Assembly: GCF_009914755.1 (NCBI RefSeq)
Contig: NC_060939.1
DNA: 64,000 bases
From: the human T2T-CHM13v2.0 reference genome, Homo sapiens
Direction: 5' to 3' (one strand)
Shown here: positions 61,212-64,000 of the stretch, piece by piece
How the letters are laid out: each line of letters begins with the position of its first letter
Numbering within the stretch: the first letter of the stretch is position 1
Translations under genes and position numbers: made by a program
Notes under the pieces: generated by a model
What the model was told of the DNA's origin: nothing
The model's database searches: none
What the model saw: the letters and a program-made list of their open reading frames with translations, nothing else

Positions 61212-61521
61212 TTTTTTTTTTTTTTTTTTTTTTTTTAGAATGAGTCTCACTCTGTCGCCCAGGCTGGAGTGCAGTAGCTTAATCTCGGCTCACTGCAGCC
61301 TCCGCCTCCTGGGTTCAAGTGATTCTCTGTGCGTCAGCCTTCCAAGTAGCTGGAATTATAGACCCTCGCCACCACACCAGACTAATTTTTGTATTTTAGT
61401 AGAGATGGGGTTTCACCATTTTGGCCAGGCTGGTCTTGAACTGCTGACCTCAGGTGATCCACCCACCCGCCTTGGCCTCCCAAAGTGCTGGGATTACAGG
61501 CATGAGCCACCATGCCTGGCT
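61212..61521 (-). mobile_element. AluS
   Basis: antisense dimer. Confidence 0.9.
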
Positions 61522-61550
61522 AATAAATCCGCTTTTAAGAATTTATCCTG

Positions 61551-61842
<292 letters not shown>

Positions 61843-62151
61843 TTATCCTAAGGAAATAATAGGACAATTCAATGCCCAAACAAGTTCATCACAGTACTAC
61901 TTTAAGAGAAAAATTGGCAATATCCATTAACAACACAGAACTGCTATAAACTATGATGCATCCATATTATAGAACACTAAATACTCATTTACTCATTAAG
62001 GGAATATCAATTTTACATGGAAAGTTGTTCTTTTTTAAGGTATTTCAATAGATATGCATAAGAAAAAAATGAAAACACCAAACATCACATCCAGATGGGA
62101 TTACAGGTTATCTCTACTTTTTTAAAAAAAGAAAAACATTAAAACTGTTCT

Positions 62152-62499
<348 letters not shown>

Positions 62500-62819
62500 T
62501 TAAAACTCCAAATTATTGTCCTGTATCACTTCCAAAACTCTTTGTAAACACTCTGTCTTCCCATGTCATTTGTGGATCAGTCTAAATACTTAATCTAATA
62601 TTTGGTTTATCTCATGGAAAAATGATAGGCATATAATAAACAACAACCCTGTTTCAAGTTAACCATCTTGTCTTTATACCAATTCTTGCCAGTTATGTCA
62701 TGATTTATCAATATACTTATAACTTCCTTATATTCTGCCAGATTATAAATCTATGAATAATTCTGAAAATTATTCAGAAATTTCTATCTCTCTTCTGCAA
62801 CTAAGTTACAAAAGTATTA

Positions 62820-62941
62820 ACTACTTCGGGAGGCTGAGGCAGGGAGAATCACTTGAACCTGGGAGGCGGAGGTTGCAGTGAGGTGAGATCATGCCATTGC
62901 ACTCCAGTCTGGGTGACAGAGCAAGACTCTATCTCAAAAAA
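62820..62941 (+). mobile_element. 5'-truncated Alu
   Basis: right-arm piece; TSD tattaactact. Confidence 0.85.
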
Positions 62942-63363
62942 TATATATATATTAACTACTAAAGAAATTAGATTTAGACCCCAGATAAGTGAAATCAGAA
63001 AAGCTTGCTACCATCTGTCATAACAGAATCATTCTGAATATCTATAGTTATCAGATCAAGACAATACCTGTGTGGTTAACAAGTACTCCACACTCCATCT
63101 GAAGGGAAAAGAGTACTTAAGAAGATTATTATAGCATAAGTTTATGTGCTTTGTTCATTAATTCAACAATTTAGAACAAAGCTATGAGGTATTTCACCGC
63201 TAACAGAATAGCTTTAAGGTAACCCATCTTCACAATTTTCTCTTTGTTTTCATTTGTTTCATGCCTTACTATTTTATAGACAGTCATTCTATCGGCATTG
63301 CACAAGTCCCTAAACAACTACGACCAAGTTTTATCACGACCCAAAAGAAAAAATAACTTTCTA

Positions 63364-63490
63364 GGCCAGGTGCAGTGGCTCATGTCTATAATCCCAGCAC
63401 TTTGGGAGACCAAGGCAGGACTACTCAAGCCCAGGAGTTCAAGACCAGCCTGGGCAATGTAGCAAAACCCTGTCTCTACAAAAAATGAAA
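63364..63490 (+). mobile_element. Alu monomer (FLAM-like)
   Basis: left-monomer sequence followed by an A-rich tail. Confidence 0.8.
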
Positions 63491-64000
63491 ATAATAATTT
63501 TTAAAAAGAAAAAATACATTTTACATGGCAACCAAGTATACATACATAAACATATCTTTTAAAAAGAAAGGTTTCCCAAATCAATATTTACTTTTACTTT
63601 ACACAATGTACTGATATATTCTTTTTTAAAATGCTTTTTAAAATAAGTACATTGATTTCATTACCCTATGACACTGCCACCTGCTACTTAAAAATGTAGC
63701 CTTAAAACTTAATGCAGAGTGTGCTAAACTCCTTGCTCCTACCACCTTCTCCCACGGCTCCAACATAAGAAAATGGGTAAAATCTAGCAAGTCTATTCTA
63801 AGTACAGACCTTGGCATAAATGTGAGACACTCCAGGTTCCTCTGAAGTCCCTGCAACATTGTGATTATTCTAACTGGCAGACAGGATACATTTGCTGAAA
63901 GGTTTCTCCAGCCAGACTACAGAAGCAGAAACCTTTTCTGTTGCCATATCAGTGATATTGCTAAATTCTGCACTTGACAATGTGGACCAGGTTTACTACT

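Overview
Primate (almost certainly human) non-coding genomic DNA: a pericentromeric segmental-duplication mosaic with no intact protein-coding gene. From recall, the combination of an NBEA pseudogene and a PAK2 pseudogene fits the 15q11 NBEAP1/BCL8-type duplicon, but I could not verify this. From left to right: (1) two minus-strand, splice-flanked neurobeachin (NBEA) pseudo-exons, one frameshifted; (2) a GC-rich module with a degenerate minisatellite and minus-strand splice donors; (3) a palindromic TATA/CCAAT/octamer bidirectional promoter of about 300-400 bp; (4) a complex inverted duplication with templated inserts; (5) repeat-rich spacer (Alu, L1, L2, MIR, MaLR and ERV1 LTRs); (6) a near full-length processed PAK2 retrocopy (minus strand) broken by one +1 frameshift and fused head-to-head to a 5'-truncated L1PA without target-site duplication; (7) an isolated, intact, strongly diverged MRCK/CDC42BPA-like exon; (8) a U6 retrocopy; (9) a full-length Hsmar1 mariner interrupted by an Alu; (10) a twin-primed (5'-inverted) L1; (11) a dense Alu cluster. 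The most novel-looking items are the palindromic promoter, the PAK2/L1 double-tailed fusion that creates a splice acceptor, and the orphan MRCK-like exon. Repeat subfamily names and protein comparisons are from memory, and most repeat boundaries are approximate.
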